From: Anaeromyxobacteraceae bacterium
GTDB taxonomy: Bacteria; Myxococcota; Myxococcia; Myxococcales; Anaeromyxobacteraceae
DNA: 64,000 nt
Direction: 5' to 3'
NCBI GenBank assembly: GCA_032654565.1
Contig: JAULAX010000015.1
Span: forward strand, 832,001 to 896,000
The notes beneath the pieces are model-generated. The model saw nothing but the letters and a program-made list of their open reading frames with translations. It was not told the origin of the DNA and did not search any database. The translations under genes and the position numbers were made by a program. Below are positions 47,385-57,271 of the stretch, piece after piece; position 1 is the first letter of the stretch, and every line of letters starts with the position of its first letter.

Positions 47385-50300
47385 ATGAAGAGCGGTTCAC
47401 TCGCCGTCACTCTCCTCCTGTCGATGGCCGCCTGCACCGGCGGCCGGGGCGTCCCCGGAGGAAACGGCACCAGCTACCTGCTCCGGACCACCGTCGAGGC
47501 GCCGGGGGCTCGCTGCGCCACCGGCGGCGCCAGGGTGGAGGTCGGCGCCGACGACAACGGCAACCAGGCCCTCGACACCGCCGAGGTCGACTCCACGGTC
47601 TACGTCTGCAACGGCGCCGACGGCCTGGGCGTGGCGACGGCGGCGGAGGGGCCGGGAGCGAACTGTGCCGAGGGTGGCGTGAAGGTGACGCCCGCCGGGG
47701 GAGTGGCGACCTACATCTGCAGCGGTGCGCCTGGAGCCACCGGCGCGACCGGCGACACGGGCGCGACGGGCGCGACGGGCGAGAGCGTCACGGTGACCCC
47801 CGAGGCGGCGGGGGCCACCTGCGCGTTCGGTGGCCAGAAGCTCCAGGTGGGACCGGGAGCGCCGACCTACGTCTGCAACGGCGCGACCGGCGCGACCGGT
47901 GAGACCGGTGCGACGGGTGCGACCGGTGCGGCCGGGGAGAGCGTCTCGATGACCCCCGAGGCGGCGGGGGCCAACTGCGTGTTCGGCGGCCAGAAGCTCC
48001 AGGTGGGGGCGGGAGCGCCGACCTACGTCTGCCACGGCGCGCCAGGCGCGACCGGCGCCGACGGCCTGAGCGTCACCATGACCCCCGAGCCGCCTGGCCC
48101 CAACTGCGGGCTCGGCGGCGTGAAGCTCCAGGTCGGGAGCGGTCCCGCCTCCTACCTCTGCAGCGGGGCGCCCTCAGGGGCGACCCTGCCCGCCGTGGTG
48201 ACGGTGGACGTCACCGGCGTGCGCTACGTCGAGGCGCTGGTCAACGCCAGCGTCACCGACGACGGCAACGAGGTGATCTTCGTGCGCGGCGTCGCCCTGG
48301 CCACCCACGCGGCCCCCACCGTCCACGACACCGTCTTCTACGCCGGGCCGGGCGCGGGCGCCTTCACCACCCGCTGTGACGGGCTGGCGCCCGGCACCGC
48401 CTACGTCGTGCGGGCCTTCGCCACCAACGCGCTCGGCACCAGCTACGGCGAGGAGCGGCTCTTCACCACGCTGGCGCTCACCGTCCCGACCCTGGCCACC
48501 GCCGCGGTCGCCAACATCACCGCCACCACCGCCTACTCCGGGGGCGACATCACCGACGACGGCGGCACCGCCATCCTGGCCCGCGGCGCCTGCTGGTCCA
48601 CGGCCACCGACCCCACCACCGCCGACGCCTGCGTCCACGAGGGGGTGGGGGCGGGGAGCTACCTGGCCCTGCTGGTCGGCCTGCCCTCCAGCACCGCGCT
48701 CCACGTGCGGGCCTACGCCACCAACGCCCAGGGGACGGCCTACGGCGAGGACCGGGCCTTCTCCACCGGCGCGCTGCCGCTGGCGGTGGTCTCCACCGCC
48801 GCGGTGGGGAGCATCTCCTACACCACCGCGGCCGGCGGCGGCACGGTGGTGAGCGACAGCGGGGCGCCGGTGACCAGCCGCGGGCTCTGCTGGGCCACCA
48901 CCACCGCACCCACCACCGCCGGCGCCTGCACCACCGAGACCGGCGGGCTCGGCACCTTCACCGCCGGCCTGGCGGGGCTGGCCGCCAACACCACCTACTA
49001 CGTCCGCGCCTACGCGGTGAACGGCGGCGGCACCTCCTACGGCAACCAGGTGAGCTTCACCACCCTGGCGGCGTCGGCGCCGGTGCTGACCACCAGGTCG
49101 GTGGGCGGCATCTCCTCCGACCTCGCCGGCTCCGGCGGGGCGATCACCACCGACGGCGGCGCGGCCATCACCGCCAAGGGGGTCTGCTGGAGCATCAACC
49201 CCGGCCCCACCGTGGCCAACAGCAAGACCAGCGACGGCGCCGGCCCGGCCGCCTTCAACAGCACCCTGACCGGCCTGGTCCCGCTCACCACCTACTACGT
49301 CCGCGCCTACGCCGTGAACGCGCTCGGCACCTCCTACGGCAACGAGGTGAGCTTCACCACCACCGCCCTGGTGACCCCGGGCCCCGGCGTCCCCATCGTC
49401 GGGACCACCACCACGGCCATCACCGGCAGCACCACCGCCTCGAGCGGCGGCTACGTGGGCAGCGACGGCGGCTCGGCGGTCACCGCCCGGGGGGTCTGCT
49501 GGAGCACGGCCCAGAACCCGACCCTGGCCGACAGCTGCTCCAGCGACGGCGGCACCGGCCTCGGCTTCTTCTCCAGCACCGTCACCGGCCTGGGCGGCTG
49601 CGGCGTGGTCTACTACGTGCGGGCCTACGCCACCAACGCCACCGGCACCGGCTACGGCAGCCAGGGGTCGGTCAGCACCGGCCTGCTGCCGACGGTCAGC
49701 ACCGAGCCGGTCACGGCCATCGGCTTCACCGGCGCCACCTCGGGCGGCGCCATCGTCGACAACGGCGGCTGCGCCATCACGCAGAAGGGGGTGGTCTGGC
49801 ACTGGAACCCGAACCCGGCGGTCGGCAACACCGGGACCACCCAGGGGACCGGCGACGCCGCCTTCACCTCCAGCATCACCGGGCTCTACTCCAACCGGAC
49901 CCACTACCTGCGGGCCTACGCCACCAACAGCGTCGGCACCGGCTACGGCGCGCAGCTGACCTTCGTCACCGCCGAGCCGTCGACCCCCTACCTCGGCCAG
50001 AGCTACGCCGGTGGCATCGTCTTCTACGTCGACGGGACCGGGCTCCACGGGCTGGTGGCCGCGCCGTCGGACCAGGGCCGGTTCACCTGGGGGTGCCAGG
50101 GGACCAGCGTGCCGACCGGCACGGCGGTCGGGACCGGGGCCTCCAACACCGCCGCCATCGTCGGCTCCTGCGGCGAGGCCAGCTTCGCGGCCAAGGTGGC
50201 CGACGGGCTGACGCTGGGCGGGTACACCGACTGGTTCATGCCCTCGCTGGACGAGCTGGTCCTGATGCGGACCAACCTGCACCTCAAGGAACTCGGCGGG

Positions 50301-50441
50301 TTCGAGGCGTGGGGCCGGTACTGGTCGTCCACCCAGGCCGATGCCACCTCCGCCTTGGGCACGTACTATCTCGTGTACCCCGACATGATTGGGTATTCGA
50401 AGTCCAGCACCAACCTCCTCCGCGCCGCACGGGCCTTCTGA
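47385..50441 (+). CDS. Large surface lipoprotein: Cys-paired E-x-x-G-x-x-C-x-x-GG repeats with collagen-like GAT runs, about six FN3-like repeats and a C-terminal DUF1566-like domain
   Basis: SMAAC lipobox; (GAT)n; repeated GVCWS...YYVRAYAxN.GTxYG; GGIVFYVD, DWFMPSLDEL, YWSST and RAARAF. Confidence 0.85.
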   Translation: MKSGSLAVTLLLSMAACTGGRGVPGGNGTSYLLRTTVEAPGARCATGGARVEVGADDNGNQALDTAEVDSTVYVCNGADGLGVATAAEGPGANCAEGGVKVTPAGGVATYICSGAPGATGATGDTGATGATGESVTVTPEAAGATCAFGGQKLQVGPGAPTYVCNGATGATGETGATGATGAAGESVSMTPEAAGANCVFGGQKLQVGAGAPTYVCHGAPGATGADGLSVTMTPEPPGPNCGLGGVKLQVGSGPASYLCSGAPSGATLPAVVTVDVTGVRYVEALVNASVTDDGNEVIFVRGVALATHAAPTVHDTVFYAGPGAGAFTTRCDGLAPGTAYVVRAFATNALGTSYGEERLFTTLALTVPTLATAAVANITATTAYSGGDITDDGGTAILARGACWSTATDPTTADACVHEGVGAGSYLALLVGLPSSTALHVRAYATNAQGTAYGEDRAFSTGALPLAVVSTAAVGSISYTTAAGGGTVVSDSGAPVTSRGLCWATTTAPTTAGACTTETGGLGTFTAGLAGLAANTTYYVRAYAVNGGGTSYGNQVSFTTLAASAPVLTTRSVGGISSDLAGSGGAITTDGGAAITAKGVCWSINPGPTVANSKTSDGAGPAAFNSTLTGLVPLTTYYVRAYAVNALGTSYGNEVSFTTTALVTPGPGVPIVGTTTTAITGSTTASSGGYVGSDGGSAVTARGVCWSTAQNPTLADSCSSDGGTGLGFFSSTVTGLGGCGVVYYVRAYATNATGTGYGSQGSVSTGLLPTVSTEPVTAIGFTGATSGGAIVDNGGCAITQKGVVWHWNPNPAVGNTGTTQGTGDAAFTSSITGLYSNRTHYLRAYATNSVGTGYGAQLTFVTAEPSTPYLGQSYAGGIVFYVDGTGLHGLVAAPSDQGRFTWGCQGTSVPTGTAVGTGASNTAAIVGSCGEASFAAKVADGLTLGGYTDWFMPSLDELVLMRTNLHLKELGGFEAWGRYWSSTQADATSALGTYYLVYPDMIGYSKSSTNLLRAARAF
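47781..48040 (+). repeat. Intragenic ~100-bp duplication (47781-47885 vs 47937-48041) separated by collagen-like repeats
   Basis: Near-identical units encoding ESVxxTPEAAGAxCxFGGQKLQVGxGAPTYVCxG. Confidence 0.85.
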
Positions 50442-50522
50442 TCGGGCCCGACGTCCCGGAGGGCCACGAAGGATCAGGGTGGCCGGGTACCCCGTGGTAA
50501 CGTCGATCGACCGGAGGCTCAC

Positions 50523-51353
50523 ATGCGCTCACTGCCCCTCGCCGTGACCATCGCCGTTGCCATGCTGGCGGGGTGCGGGATCGTGAAGAAGCTGGAGAAC
50601 CGGAAGGTGCTGGCCGGCCTGGTGATGCGCTCGCCGGACCTGGCCGTCGGAGCCCCCGCCAACCTGACCGTCACCGGCGTGGTCACGGCCCAGGTCTTCT
50701 TCGGAGACCTGCAGGGCGACACCCAGGCCCCCACCGGCCTCGCCGACGCCGCCGTGACCCTGGCCTGGGCGGGCGGGGCAACCGGGTCGGTGACCCTGCC
50801 GGCCGGACCGTCGGCGGGCTGGTACCAGCTCACCGGCACCTCCGTGGCGCACCAGGCCGGCCTCACCTACACCTTCACGGTCCGGTACGGCGGCGAGGTC
50901 TTCACCGGGACGGTGGTGGCCCCGGCCGCCGAGGGGATCACCGAGCTCGCCGCCGTGACGCCGCCGCTGATCTTCCCGCCCACGCCCAACCTGGCCGCGT
51001 CCTTCACCAAGCAGACGGTCTCGCGCACCGGGAGCGACACCGCCGTCTACGCCGCGAACCCGATCGAGGGTCCGACCAGCCTGGGCCCAACCAGCTGCAC
51101 CAACGCGCCGCTCTCCGACGCCTGGGCGATGGTCCAGTTGCTCATCGCCGCCGGGCCCTGGACGGTGCCGTCGTTCGAGCTGTGGCGGACCGACCTGGCC
51201 CCGACCGCTCCGCAGCGCTGCTTCGCCCCGGGGCCGGGGGCCTGGGTGGTGACCCTCACCACCGTCAGGTCGGGCAGCGTCTCCGGCAACCTCTTCTTCG
51301 GGAGCGGCGTGCTGGCCGGCTCGGCGGACGCGGGCGTGCTGGTGCTGCAGTAG
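50523..51353 (+). CDS. Hypothetical beta-rich lipoprotein
   Basis: GGAGG RBS; MLAGC lipobox; host-like codon usage. Confidence 0.8.
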   Translation: MRSLPLAVTIAVAMLAGCGIVKKLENRKVLAGLVMRSPDLAVGAPANLTVTGVVTAQVFFGDLQGDTQAPTGLADAAVTLAWAGGATGSVTLPAGPSAGWYQLTGTSVAHQAGLTYTFTVRYGGEVFTGTVVAPAAEGITELAAVTPPLIFPPTPNLAASFTKQTVSRTGSDTAVYAANPIEGPTSLGPTSCTNAPLSDAWAMVQLLIAAGPWTVPSFELWRTDLAPTAPQRCFAPGPGAWVVTLTTVRSGSVSGNLFFGSGVLAGSADAGVLVLQ

Positions 51354-51457
51354 TCACCGGGCGGCGGCTCGCCCGTGCTCCGAGTGACATCTGCCGCGGG
51401 GCGTGCTTCTCTTTCCGCCGCGGGTTCGATCGCATGGTTCAAGCGAGGAGGGTCGAC

Positions 51458-54400
51458 GTGGGACGGAACATCGCAGTCGTCACCTTCCTCCTTTCGCTGA
51501 CCGCTTGTGACCTGCGGCCGCACGACGGGGAGATCCAGAGTCCGCCGCCGGTGACCGCGGTCCTGCTCACGCCTGCGCAGGCGACCGTCCGGGCGGGCCA
51601 CGCAGTCCAGTTCGCGGCCGCACCGCGCGGGGACGGGCGGGTGCCCCAGCGGGTCACCTGGAAGCTCCGCTGCGTCTCTGGCTGCAGCTGGTACCCATAC
51701 AATCCGGGCTCCCTCTCGGAGAGCGGCCTCTTCGTGGCGCCCTTCGACAACCCGGGCGCGCTGGTGGTGGAGGTGACGGCCGTCAGCGTGACAACCCGGG
51801 TGGAAGGCAGCGCCACCGTCCAGGTGGCACCCGCCTCCTTCACGATTTCGCCGCCCGCCCCCGCGGTCGCGCTCGGCGGTGAGCTCCAGCTCGCCGCTGA
51901 CTGGAATGGCGACGCTGGGCCGGCCTTCAACTGGAGCAGCGACAAGGGGACCATCGACCAGCTCGGTCGGTACGTGGCGCCCGGGGCCTTCTCCGGCGTC
52001 ATCACCAGCGCCGACCCCGGGGGGGACCTGGTGCGGGTGGAGCACCGGGCGAGCGGCCAGCGCCTGGAGGTGAGGGTCCGGCTCCACTTCAGGACACCGT
52101 TCATCAGCGGGACCTCCGGCCCTACGGCTCCGGGAGACACCCTGACGCTCACGGGGACCAACCTGGCCACCGGACTGGATCCCGGCGGCGCGACCTACGT
52201 CCTCTTCCCGGACGGCGCCGGTGGAGAGTTCCCGGTGAGGGCCACGGCGACGCCTGACCAGGTTACCGTGGTCGTTCCCGCGGGCTGTTCTTCGGGCGTA
52301 CTTCGCGTGGAGCTCCGCAGCGACAAATTGATCGGCATACCGCCCGCGTGGTCCAACCCGGTCCCGTTCGAGCTCAAGGGGGCGCTGCGGCTTCACCCCG
52401 ACCGGAACGAGCTCGCCGGTGGTGAGTCGACCGCGCTTCGGGTGGCCCTGCTCGGCATGCCGGGCCCGTTGCCGATCACCTTCGAGACCGACCTCGGATC
52501 GGTGTCCGGCGCGACCTACCTGGCGCCGCCATCGATCACCGCGGAGCGTTCGGCCAACGTCCGTGCCTGCGTCACCGGCACGTCCCTGTGCAGCGGCGCA
52601 TCCATCCTGCTCCGCCCTCTCCAGTTCACGCCTGGCCTGCCCCTGGTCGCACCCGGCGCCGCGGTCCAGTTCACCGCATTGGCCGACGGCCTGCCGGCCT
52701 CGCTCGTCTGGACGCTCGGCTCGGGCGGGGGCTCGGTCACGCCTGGGGGGCTCTACCAGGCCTCCACGGCATTGCAGGACGCCGGCCCCTCCTGGCTCCT
52801 CGCCAGCGGTGCCGCTGGCACCCTACCGGTGCAGGTGGGTGTGACCGGGGCGGTGCCGGGCCTGCTCGTCCGCCACACCGAGCCGGCCCCAGCCAGCCCG
52901 AGCGCCTTCACCGAGGGTGTCCCCTGGGGCGCGGCGGCCCTCGCCCTGGCCGTCGATGGCGGCCGCGGGTACCTGCTCCAGGGCACGCGGACAGGGTCGT
53001 ACCGCCCCTGGATCGACGTCTTCGATCTCACCGACCCGCTGAAGCCTTCCTGGCTGGGCGCGGTCGCGGCGCGCGACGCCCAGCTGGAGCGCTTCCAGGT
53101 GGCAGGCGGCCTCCTGGTCATGGTGACGATCCTGGAAGGCGAACGCCGGCTGGTCGATGCCTATGACCTGTCCGGCGCCCTGCCGGTGCTCACCGGGACC
53201 GTCTCGGCGGCCGTGGTACCTCCGGTCAGCACCCGCATGGACTGGGCCGCCGCGTCCAGCGAACTCGACGACGGGACGCTCTACCTGTTCGATGGCGTCA
53301 AGGCGACCACCTCGCCGGTCCCCCTGCGCGCCTTTCCGCTCTCTGGCGGCGCGTTGGCTGCGCACGTGGACTACCTGCTCGAGGTTCCGGGGGGAGCGCC
53401 CGACGCCTTCGGCGAGGTTGTCGCGGCGACCGCCAGCCGCGGCCGCGCCTACGTCGCGTTCACAGGGCTCTATCCCCTGGGATCGAGGCTCGGCGCCTGG
53501 GACCTCTCCACCAACCCGGCCCGTTACCTGGGGTCGGCCCCGACCAACTACAACAGGCGGGCGAACTACTGGAGCATCGTCTTCGGCGTGGCCGGCCGCC
53601 ACCTCGTGCTCGGCCGAGAATGTTACGACCTCGTCCCGGAGGTCCCCGCGCCGGTCCCGTGCACGTTCGAGCCGACCGCCATCGCGGCACGTGCCAGCGC
53701 AGGTGATCGCTACGTGAGCGGCGCCCTCCACCTCGACGACTACTCGGTTCCGGATCAGCCTCGCCGGGTCGCCAACCTGGACGTCCCCTATGACGGGGGT
53801 CAGGGCGCCATGGTGGGCAGGCTCTTCCTCTCGCCAGAGGGCAGCGCGGGGCTTGCGATCTACGATCTGGGCGCCGAGGGCGGGGTCCGAAGCGCCGGTC
53901 TGTCAGCGACCGACCGCGGCCTGCATAGCCTTCTCGATTCGGCGCTCGACGGGGGTCACCTCTATTCGCTCGCCTCCTGGAACTCCTGGGTGCACGTTGT
54001 CGCCTGGGCGCTCTCGAGCTCGCCCCCGGCCTTCACATCCTCGACGTGGCTCGTCGACGGAAGCCGAGTGGTGGGTGCCGGCGGCGGACTCCTCCTGGTC
54101 GGCACGACGACCGCACTTCAGGTCTGGTCGGTGGTCGATCCGGCGGCACCTGCGTGGCTCGGAGAGCTGCCCCTGGACCCGGCCACCATCTCGGTGGACG
54201 GCACGACGGGCTGGGTCGGGACCCTCGGCGGCGATCTCGTCTCGGTCGACCTCTCGGTGCCCGGGGCGCCGCTGGTCATGGGCAGGCTGGCGCTCGGGGC
54301 GGTGGCCCAGTCGATCGTGGTCCACTCCCCGGGACGGCTGCTGGTGGCCGTCGCGACCGGCGACGGGCTGGGCGGCGACCTGCTGGTGGTCGACGTGACC

Positions 54401-54883
54401 GCTCCGGCCGCGGCGGTCGTCATCGGCGCCGCCAGGCTCGGTGCGCCTGCCGTCGGCGTCGCCTCGGACGGGAGCACCGCCGCCGTCGCCACCACGAGCG
54501 AACTCATCACGGTGGACCTGGCCGATCCGGCTCATCCCCTGCCACTCGCGGCGGTGCCGATCCCCGCGACCCGGATCGCCGACGCCTGGTCCCCCCACCG
54601 CGTCTCGGCCGGCCTGCACCTCGCGGGTGGCCTGGCCTGGGTGGCGGCCGGTGACCGGCTCCTCGGCTACGACCTGCGCAGGCCGCGCTGGCCCCGCCTG
54701 GTGAGCGCGACCCAGCTGTCCTCGGTGGGGGTGGAGTCGGGCGCGCTCACGGTGGATGGCGCCCGCGCCTTCGGCTACTCGACCTACGACGCTACCATCG
54801 CCGAACTCGATCTCTCCCAGCCCCGCAACGTGGTGCTGACCCTTCCGCCGCCGGCGCCGCCGCGCCAGCTCAGCGCGCCGTAA
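51458..54883 (+). CDS. Large lipoprotein with Ig-like (Big_2/IPT-like) domains and LVIVD-like beta-propeller repeats
   Basis: AGGAGG then GTG 51458 (alternative ATG 51434); LSLTAC lipobox; VQFAA...VTW...GLFVAP units; PGDTLTLTGTNL; repeated FDLTDP/VDLSVP/VDLADPAHP. Confidence 0.75.
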   Translation: MGRNIAVVTFLLSLTACDLRPHDGEIQSPPPVTAVLLTPAQATVRAGHAVQFAAAPRGDGRVPQRVTWKLRCVSGCSWYPYNPGSLSESGLFVAPFDNPGALVVEVTAVSVTTRVEGSATVQVAPASFTISPPAPAVALGGELQLAADWNGDAGPAFNWSSDKGTIDQLGRYVAPGAFSGVITSADPGGDLVRVEHRASGQRLEVRVRLHFRTPFISGTSGPTAPGDTLTLTGTNLATGLDPGGATYVLFPDGAGGEFPVRATATPDQVTVVVPAGCSSGVLRVELRSDKLIGIPPAWSNPVPFELKGALRLHPDRNELAGGESTALRVALLGMPGPLPITFETDLGSVSGATYLAPPSITAERSANVRACVTGTSLCSGASILLRPLQFTPGLPLVAPGAAVQFTALADGLPASLVWTLGSGGGSVTPGGLYQASTALQDAGPSWLLASGAAGTLPVQVGVTGAVPGLLVRHTEPAPASPSAFTEGVPWGAAALALAVDGGRGYLLQGTRTGSYRPWIDVFDLTDPLKPSWLGAVAARDAQLERFQVAGGLLVMVTILEGERRLVDAYDLSGALPVLTGTVSAAVVPPVSTRMDWAAASSELDDGTLYLFDGVKATTSPVPLRAFPLSGGALAAHVDYLLEVPGGAPDAFGEVVAATASRGRAYVAFTGLYPLGSRLGAWDLSTNPARYLGSAPTNYNRRANYWSIVFGVAGRHLVLGRECYDLVPEVPAPVPCTFEPTAIAARASAGDRYVSGALHLDDYSVPDQPRRVANLDVPYDGGQGAMVGRLFLSPEGSAGLAIYDLGAEGGVRSAGLSATDRGLHSLLDSALDGGHLYSLASWNSWVHVVAWALSSSPPAFTSSTWLVDGSRVVGAGGGLLLVGTTTALQVWSVVDPAAPAWLGELPLDPATISVDGTTGWVGTLGGDLVSVDLSVPGAPLVMGRLALGAVAQSIVVHSPGRLLVAVATGDGLGGDLLVVDVTAPAAAVVIGAARLGAPAVGVASDGSTAAVATTSELITVDLADPAHPLPLAAVPIPATRIADAWSPHRVSAGLHLAGGLAWVAAGDRLLGYDLRRPRWPRLVSATQLSSVGVESGALTVDGARAFGYSTYDATIAELDLSQPRNVVLTLPPPAPPRQLSAP

Positions 54884-54892
54884 CCGCGCGCG

Positions 54893-56146
54893 TCAGCGGC
54901 CGAAGGGCGACCAGGCCGCTGGCCACTCCAGCCCGAGGGTCAGCGCCAGCGACCACTCGATCACCGGGAGGTCGCGGCCGGCGCTGGTGAGGTGGAGGGT
55001 CGCGCCGAGGTGACGGCGGAGGTCCAGCCCAAGGCGGGCCCGACCACCCAGGACTTCCAGGGTCGAGACATACCTCCCTCCAGCCACCAGGCTCCCCGCC
55101 CCATGGACTCCGGAGAAGGAGAGGTTTCGCCTCGTGGAGGGCTCATCGAGGGGGAGGTAGGTGGTCCGACCCTGGCCGTAGAGCAGGTGGACCGCGCCGC
55201 CGAGCCGGAATTCGACGTCGCTCCCCAGCCGCAGCGGCCAGGCGAGCTCGAAGCCGACCTCGGTGATGGTGAGATCCGCGGCGCTCTTCCCCCAGGCGTT
55301 GTCGGGGCTGGCGAGAAAGGTGGCGGGCCATACCTCGAGACTGGCGGCTGCCGCGAGCCGCTCCCCGCTCCAGCCCGCCCGGGCGCCGCCCGACACGGCC
55401 AGGGCCGACCCGGCCACCACCAGCGCGGATCCCCCCTCGACGAACCAGACCCTCGCCGCCCGGGGCGGCGGCGGGCGCGGGCGGCTGGCCTCGAGCTGCC
55501 GCCGGCGCGTCTCGAGCACACCAGCCTGGCCGGCAGGGTCGAAGCCTCGCCCTGCCAGCCAACGGACCCAGGGCCGCGACGCCTCCACCTCGACCAGGAG
55601 TTCGAGCTGGCGGGCGGCGGCGGCGGCGGCCTGCTCGAAGGCCCGGGGGATGGCAGCAACCGAGGGCCCAACGATCCGCGCCCGCCCCTCCGCCGACCAG
55701 CGCCCCAGCTCGGCGCCGCCCGCGGTCCTCAGGACGGCCAGGTACCCCACGGAGGTGAGCCATCCATCTGCGTCGAGGCCCACCTTGGCCTCCACCAGCG
55801 ACACCTCGAGCTCGAGGTCGGTGACCCCCTCGACCGCTGGCCGGAAGAGCCGGTCGAGCATCACGGCGCAGGCCCGGACCGCCTGGAGGCCGAGCCTGGT
55901 CGTGGACGGTCGGACCAGCGGTGCGCTCCCGAAGCTGTCTCGCGGGTGCTCGTGCGTCGCCTGGAGTGTCCCCGGATCAAGCTTGAGCCGGGCCGGGAAC
56001 GGATAGAAGGGGACCGGGATGTCGGCGGCTGCCGCCGGTGTGGCGCCTGGCTCCACGCCTGGCTCCAGGGGCGCCGCCCGGACCGGCTGCGCCAGGAGTG
56101 CCAACGCCAGGGTCCACGCTCCTGACCACCGCCGTCCGAAAGCCAT
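54893..56146 (-). CDS. Hypothetical secreted protein with a C-terminal outer-membrane beta-barrel-like region
   Basis: Signal peptide ending AQPVRA; amphipathic strands ending LTLGLEW. Confidence 0.6.
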   Translation of the reverse strand: MAFGRRWSGAWTLALALLAQPVRAAPLEPGVEPGATPAAAADIPVPFYPFPARLKLDPGTLQATHEHPRDSFGSAPLVRPSTTRLGLQAVRACAVMLDRLFRPAVEGVTDLELEVSLVEAKVGLDADGWLTSVGYLAVLRTAGGAELGRWSAEGRARIVGPSVAAIPRAFEQAAAAAARQLELLVEVEASRPWVRWLAGRGFDPAGQAGVLETRRRQLEASRPRPPPPRAARVWFVEGGSALVVAGSALAVSGGARAGWSGERLAAAASLEVWPATFLASPDNAWGKSAADLTITEVGFELAWPLRLGSDVEFRLGGAVHLLYGQGRTTYLPLDEPSTRRNLSFSGVHGAGSLVAGGRYVSTLEVLGGRARLGLDLRRHLGATLHLTSAGRDLPVIEWSLALTLGLEWPAAWSPFGR

Positions 56147-56272
56147 CGATTCTCCCGGCCGCCGTCATGGCGATGTCGCACCGTACGTGCAGGGCCGGTC
56201 GTGGGCAACCTCCAAAGGCGCCCGACGGCACACCTCGAGCCGCCGGGCGATCGGCCTCCGCTGCTCCCGCGC

Positions 56273-56462
56273 GGGACCTCCGTGGCGCTCCAGGCCGGCC
56301 CCACCTACATCTTCACGGTCCGGTACGGTGGCGAGGCCTCCACCGGGACGGTGGTGGCATCGGCCGCCGAGGGGATCACCGAGCTCGCCGCCGCGAGGCC
56401 GCCGCTGGTCTTCCCGCCCACGCCCAACCTGGCCGCGACCTTCACCAAGCAGACGGTCTCGC
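56273..56462 (+). pseudogene. Degenerate 190-bp duplicate of the internal part (50835-51024) of the 50523-51353 lipoprotein gene
   Basis: Ungapped alignment, 13 substitutions by hand count, mostly nonsynonymous; no matching start or C-terminus. Confidence 0.9.
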
Positions 56463-56497
56463 TCGCCTCGCGACGGCCGGGGGTTACGAGATGCGCT

Positions 56498-57271
56498 CTA
56501 GTCCCGGCCCTTCTCCCGATCCTGGGCCTGGCCGCGGGGCGCTTCACGGGCCGGCTGCGCACGCGGTGCTTCACGGGCCGGCTCGGAACGCGGTGCTTCA
56601 CGGGTCGGTTGGGCGCGCGGTGCTTCCCGGGCCGGCTGGGCGCGGGGCGCAGCCCGGTTGTCGGGGCGTGCAGCCGGAGCCGGGGTCTGCGCCCGGCGGA
56701 TCTCCTTCACGGCCGCTTCGCGGGGCTCGTGCCGGTAGTTCTGGGTCTGCAGCGTCCGCTGCTCCTGGCGCTGCGGGTACCGGTTCCCCGAGTACTGCTT
56801 CTGGTAGACGGGCAGCGGCGCGGGAGCGGGTGCCGCGCGGCGGTCCCACTGATCCCAGCCGCCGCGTTGCCGCTCCCAGTCGCGTCCCCAGTGGTCGCCC
56901 CAGCGCGGCGCCGAGTTCGCCTGCCACCCGTGGAAGTAGGACGGGGGACGCCGGTAGTAGCCCACCGGAACGCGGAGGATGAAGAGCGGCACGTACTGGG
57001 GGCCGACCTGCGACCAGGGGCCGTTGTACCAGTCGCTGGCGTACCAGGTGTCGCCCTCGTAGACCCAGTACATGCCGTCGTAGAAGAAGTAGTTCGAGTC
57101 GGAATTCGGGTCGTAATAGACCGGGTACCCCGGCACGGCGACCAGCTCCGGGTAGTGGGCCTGGCTGAAGCCGATGCTGACGCTCGGAAGGCCGATCTGG
57201 ATGCTGAGCTGGGCCTGGGTGGAGGTCAGCGGGGACAAGAGCAGCGCCATGACCACGATGAGGTATCGCAT
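56498..57271 (-). CDS. Secreted Tyr/Trp/Pro-rich protein with C-terminal 9-aa repeats
   Basis: GGAG RBS; signal peptide; VPGYPVYY...NYFFYDG.YW...WY.S.WYNGPW; (REAPRAQPA)n. Confidence 0.8.
   Translation of the reverse strand: MRYLIVVMALLLSPLTSTQAQLSIQIGLPSVSIGFSQAHYPELVAVPGYPVYYDPNSDSNYFFYDGMYWVYEGDTWYASDWYNGPWSQVGPQYVPLFILRVPVGYYRRPPSYFHGWQANSAPRWGDHWGRDWERQRGGWDQWDRRAAPAPAPLPVYQKQYSGNRYPQRQEQRTLQTQNYRHEPREAAVKEIRRAQTPAPAARPDNRAAPRAQPAREAPRAQPTREAPRSEPAREAPRAQPAREAPRGQAQDREKGRD
56541..56648. repeat. Four or more tandem 27-bp coding repeats
   Basis: Units start gcttcacgggccggct at a 27-bp period (56541, 56568, 56595, 56622). Confidence 0.85.

Noticed and set aside
56273..56462. DGR template/variable repeat pair with 50835-51024
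   Set aside because: The substitutions are not adenine-specific in either copy (mostly C/T changes), the segment is gene-internal rather than C-terminal, and no RT is present
56541..56648. CRISPR-like periodic repeat
   Set aside because: 27-bp tandem in-frame coding repeats with no unique spacers and no cas genes
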